Source: an uncultured virus (IMG/VR IMGVR_UViG_3300006201_000011)
Taxonomy: Duplodnaviria > Heunggongvirae > Uroviricota > Caudoviricetes
Length of the DNA stretch: 20,000 nucleotides
Reading direction: 5' to 3' (one strand)
Virus record (IMG/VR): IMGVR_UViG_3300006201_000011
Span: 54,078 to 74,077 of that record
Made by a program: the position numbers and the translations under genes. The notes beneath the pieces are model-generated. The model was not told where the DNA came from. It ran no database searches and saw nothing but the letters and a program-made list of their open reading frames with translations. This document shows positions 16,977-20,000 of the stretch, piece by piece. The first letter of the stretch is position 1, and each line of letters starts with the position of its first letter.

Positions 16977-18152
16977 ATGACAAGCGAAGAGCGCCGAGAG
17001 GCGCGTTATCAGCGCCGTCAGGCACGACGGCAGGCCAACAGGCAAGAGCGGAGTGATGCGGTAGGATCACTTAACGAAATCTACAACTACCACGATATGT
17101 TCTTCTATGGGAAGGAGTGCTGTAAGGGCGTTCGTTGGAAGCAGAGCACCCAAAACTTTGAAATGCACTTGCTTTCTGGAACGGCAAAGAGGCGTCAGAT
17201 GGTGGTCAGCGGAAAGTGGAAACCACAGCCTTGTTCTCACTTTATGCTCTGTGAGCGAGGGAAGGTTCGCCCCATCGACGCCCCTCATATCGTAGACCGG
17301 CAAATTCATAAGGTGGAAAGCAACAAGATCCTGATTCCACTGTATGAGCCAAGCATGATAGTTGATAATGCAGCCAGTCAGAAAAACAAGGGTTTGCATT
17401 GGCAATTCCGTCGGCTTAAAGAACAGCTTGCGTGGCACTACCGGCGATATGGGCGTGAGGGTGCAGTGTTTCTTATGGATTTGAAGAAATTCTTTCCTAA
17501 CGCCAATCGTCGGTTGATTTACCAACGGCACAGTAAATTGATGCTTAACCCAGAGGTTAGAGCGTTTGCGGACTACATCGTTACTACCGCCCCAGCTACT
17601 GCTCCGGGGCGGGGTATGCCATTAGGTGTAGAACCGAGCCAACAAGAGATGGTGGCTTTGCCCAGTGCCATTGATAATTATATCAAGTGTCAGCTGGGGA
17701 TACATTGTGCCGGTCATTACATGGACGACTACTATATCATTCTGCCTGATATTGAGAAGCTGAAAAAGATTGCCCGTGAGATCGTAAGAATGATGGAGTC
17801 GTATGGTATCCAGGTCAACCGGCGCAAATGCAAAATTGTTCCACTTGCCAGTCCAAAAGGGTTTCGCTTCTGCAAGGCAAGGTTTACATTGCTGGAGACT
17901 GGTAAAATCAAGGTCAACGGTAATCGGTGCGGGATGAAGAGCGCCCGCCGTAAGCTGAAGCTGTTTCATCGTGAGTATTTGCAGGGTAAACGGACGCTTG
18001 CTGGAATAGATCAATTCATGGAGTGCCAAACTGCGTACTACAAGAACTATAACGATCATGGCAGGCTTTTACGGTTGCGGCGATTGCACTACGCAATCTT
18101 TGAAAAATACAGAAAAATGGAGCAGCAAAAACAATTAAAACAAACAGCTTAA
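16977..18152 (+). CDS. DGR reverse transcriptase
   Basis: 391 aa from ATG 16977 (GGAGGG at 16959-16964). Motifs ERGKVRPI, DRQIH, KGLH, DLKKFF, GMPLGVEPSQ (DGR-type GxxxSQ) and catalytic YMDD (17718-17729). No recognisable maturase, endonuclease or RNase H extension. Confidence 0.95.
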   Translation: MTSEERREARYQRRQARRQANRQERSDAVGSLNEIYNYHDMFFYGKECCKGVRWKQSTQNFEMHLLSGTAKRRQMVVSGKWKPQPCSHFMLCERGKVRPIDAPHIVDRQIHKVESNKILIPLYEPSMIVDNAASQKNKGLHWQFRRLKEQLAWHYRRYGREGAVFLMDLKKFFPNANRRLIYQRHSKLMLNPEVRAFADYIVTTAPATAPGRGMPLGVEPSQQEMVALPSAIDNYIKCQLGIHCAGHYMDDYYIILPDIEKLKKIAREIVRMMESYGIQVNRRKCKIVPLASPKGFRFCKARFTLLETGKIKVNGNRCGMKSARRKLKLFHREYLQGKRTLAGIDQFMECQTAYYKNYNDHGRLLRLRRLHYAIFEKYRKMEQQKQLKQTA

Positions 18153-18161
18153 ATAAACAGC

Positions 18162-18194
18162 AAACGTCTGAGGTGTATATCTCAGGCGTTTTTT
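18162..18194 (+). terminator. Intrinsic terminator after RT
   Basis: AAACGTCTGAG (18162-18172) pairs with CTCAGGCGTTT (18181-18191, one G-U), with a T-run to 18194. Confidence 0.8.
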
Positions 18195-18216
18195 GCTATG
18201 TTTGGAGGAATTTATT

Positions 18217-18615
18217 GTGGAGTACAGGAGCTATGTTACAAAAAAACGGGCCAGATTCAAAGGCTTTTGTGGTGATGTTAATATCCCCTATGGTACGCAC
18301 CTTGAAGCTCATGACGGTATCCTCATACTTGATGGAGAACCAGTATGTGTCGCAACCAGTCAGAACGGGCTGGATTACTTTGCCCAGAATGATGATGGTC
18401 AGTGGAAGGAGCGTGGAAAGCTGACTATTGAAATCACCTCTATGCTGGCAAGGAGAGACAGAAAGTACCAAGCCAGATGGGATAAGGTTGGCAACGACTC
18501 TATTTGTGAGAAGTATCACAGGAAAGAACATGAGGATTTCTGGCTCTGGAGTCCTGATTTCTATACCGCCCCCATTGCGGATTTGCGGCACATCAAAGAA
18601 CTTATCAATATTTGA
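18217..18615 (+). CDS. Hypothetical protein
   Basis: GGAGG at 18204-18208 supports GTG 18217. 132 aa, with a Trp/Asp-rich C-terminal half (RWDKV..D..C..Y...HEDFWLW..DFY.A). Confidence 0.7.
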   Translation: MEYRSYVTKKRARFKGFCGDVNIPYGTHLEAHDGILILDGEPVCVATSQNGLDYFAQNDDGQWKERGKLTIEITSMLARRDRKYQARWDKVGNDSICEKYHRKEHEDFWLWSPDFYTAPIADLRHIKELINI

Positions 18616-18629
18616 AAGGAAGTGGCTAT

Positions 18630-18899
18630 ATGTATCAGGTCATTAAAGACAATGTAGTAATGGCTTATGTGGATCAGCCTGTTTTCATTCGTTTGCATGA
18701 GAACGGTTGCTATGTACCCGCAACCGAGGGGGAAGCCCAGGGGCTTGCTATTCAAAGTGCGCCCTATCATATCCTTGGCAGAGACAACCTCCCTGGAGCA
18801 GTTGCTACCGTTGTGATCTCTAAGATTGACGGAGGCATTCTGGCTGCGGAGCAGAAGCGGATCATTGATGGGCTGATTGTGAACATTTTGGAGGGTTGA
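18630..18899 (+). CDS. Hypothetical phage protein
   Basis: AAGGAAG RBS precedes ATG 18630 (MYQVIKDN...). Tight packing with neighbours. Confidence 0.65.
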   Translation: MYQVIKDNVVMAYVDQPVFIRLHENGCYVPATEGEAQGLAIQSAPYHILGRDNLPGAVATVVISKIDGGILAAEQKRIIDGLIVNILEG

Positions 18900-18902
18900 G
18901 TT

Positions 18903-19481
18903 ATGAACAAGAATTATATCGCACAGCTTTATAATGATGCTGCTCTAACCAGTGCTGGCGTGTTGAATGCCGTTCAAAAGGGGTGGATCACTACGGAAGA
19001 TGCCGTGGAGATTCTGGGCAGCGACACGGAGATTGACACCATTCGAGAGGCAAAGCTGCTGGAAATCTCTAAGGCGTGCAACAGCGTTATCGTGGCCGGC
19101 GTGGACGTACAAATTGGTGAGCGTGTTGACCATTTCAATCTGGCGTTGGAAGACCAAAGCAATATCAACAACCTATTCCGTGTGGTTGAGCTTGGCGGCA
19201 CGGAGTTCCCCTATCAGGCCGATGATGGCACCTGCACGGTTTACTCCGCTCAGGAAATTGCGCAAATCTACATCACGGCCCAGAGTCATATCACAACACA
19301 GACTGCATACCACAATGCGCTCAAGGCGTATGTAAATTCACTGGAAACCAGTGAAGAAATCACGGTAATTCAGTACGGGATGACTCTCCCCGATCCTTAC
19401 GCTACTGAGTTGGCAGGCAAGTTAGCGGTCGCCCAAGCGCAAATGCAAGCCATTGTTGCACGGCTGGGTGAGACTACATGA
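18903..19481 (+). CDS. XkdX-like N-terminus fused to a DUF4376-like domain (tail-fibre assembly-associated)
   Basis: N-terminal LY....LT...V.NAVQKGWIT.E...EILG (XkdX-like), then REAKL.EIS..C...I..G...HF.L..EDQ.N...Y.AD...C..YS. Confidence 0.6.
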   Translation: MNKNYIAQLYNDAALTSAGVLNAVQKGWITTEDAVEILGSDTEIDTIREAKLLEISKACNSVIVAGVDVQIGERVDHFNLALEDQSNINNLFRVVELGGTEFPYQADDGTCTVYSAQEIAQIYITAQSHITTQTAYHNALKAYVNSLETSEEITVIQYGMTLPDPYATELAGKLAVAQAQMQAIVARLGETT

Positions 19482-19657
19482 GTGAAATTGAGCTGATTTC
19501 AGAGCTGACGGACATTTGCATCCGTCAGGCTGAGATCATCAAGGCACAAGCCTATGTGTTAGAGCAGTTCGGTGCTGAGGTGATGGAGGAAGAGCGGCTG
19601 AAAGAATTAAACCGCCTACGTGGTGTTGCTGGGGTTTGGGAGGAGGACACGCTATGA
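19478..19657 (+). CDS. Small hypothetical protein (59 aa, not in the ORF track)
   Basis: MSEIELISELTDICIRQAEIIKAQAYVLEQFG...EEDTL. ATGA overlaps with both the upstream and downstream genes suggest translational coupling. Confidence 0.7.
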   Translation: MSEIELISELTDICIRQAEIIKAQAYVLEQFGAEVMEEERLKELNRLRGVAGVWEEDTL

Positions 19658-20000
19658 AAAGAGAACGGGTAGGAAAATGGGTGCTGTCTCTGCTCCTATG
19701 GACGTGGACTGGTGGGCTGTATTTCTTTATGGAAGTCGCATGGAAGACATTCCAAGGCAGGCCAGAGACGATTTCCTGGACAATGTTTGTACTGGCTATT
19801 TTCTTGGCTATCCCGCTGGAACGGTTTGGAGCGGAATTGCCTTGGAGTATGCCGTTGTGGGCACAGACTGCGATTTGTGCTACAGCGATTACAGTTGCGG
19901 AGTTCGTAGCAGGTCTTATCCTCAATATCTGGCTGGGGCTGGGGATTTGGGATTATTCTCATTTGCCAGGGAACATTCTGGGCCAAATTTGTTTACCGTT
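19654..20000 (+). CDS. Multi-pass membrane protein, DUF1113/ABC_trans_CmpB-like, 3'-truncated by the window edge (not in the ORF track)
   Basis: GGAGG RBS. Manual translation MKRERVGKWVLSLLLWTWTGGLYFFMEVAW...EFVAGLILNIWLGLGIWDYSHLPGNILGQICLP contains the family's WDYS..P.N..GQICL motif. Confidence 0.75.
   Translation, partial: MKRERVGKWVLSLLLWTWTGGLYFFMEVAWKTFQGRPETISWTMFVLAIFLAIPLERFGAELPWSMPLWAQTAICATAITVAEFVAGLILNIWLGLGIWDYSHLPGNILGQICLP

Larger units (their letters stand above)
15564..18194 (+). mobile_element. Diversity-generating retroelement (VR - hairpins - RHH gene - avd - TR - spacer - RT)
   Basis: TR/VR pair with adenine-specific mismatches, a reverse transcriptase with DGR-type motifs, and an avd-sized helical gene directly upstream of TR. 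Confidence 0.97.
1..20000 (+). mobile_element. Tailed phage/prophage tail morphogenesis module (siphovirus-like), both ends outside the window
   Basis: All credible genes are on the + strand and tightly packed, in canonical order: tape measure > Dit-like > tail-tip > fibre/adhesin genes > XkdX-like gene. No host housekeeping genes are seen. Confidence 0.93.

Noticed and set aside
16977..18152. RT as a group II intron, retron or Abi RT
   Set aside because: No interrupted host gene or recognisable maturase/endonuclease domain. The GxxxSQ motif and adjacent TR/VR identify it as DGR-type.
378..19986. Numerous minus-strand and alternate-frame ORFs (e.g. 918-1445, 11454-11948, 15533-16024, 17067-17531, 19539-19925)
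   Set aside because: They are shadows overlapping well-supported + strand genes, with no recognisable motifs.

Overview
The whole window is a co-directional (+ strand) tail/morphogenesis module of a tailed phage or prophage. It is siphovirus-like, and the GGAGG ribosome-binding sites suggest a Bacillota/Clostridia host (inference). Gene order: 3' part of a tape measure gene, distal-tail-like gene, large tail-tip protein, a run of small structural/fibre genes, then a 674-aa putative receptor-binding/adhesin protein. That protein's C-terminus is the target of a complete diversity-generating retroelement (DGR). The variable repeat (VR, 15564-15691) and template repeat (TR, 16632-16759) align without gaps over 128 bp, with 16 mismatches, all at TR adenines. 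The cassette also has post-VR hairpins, a small ribbon-helix-helix gene, an avd-like gene, a structured spacer and a YMDD reverse transcriptase followed by a terminator. Tail-assembly-like genes and a truncated membrane protein follow. All product calls come from motif recognition and synteny, not database searches.
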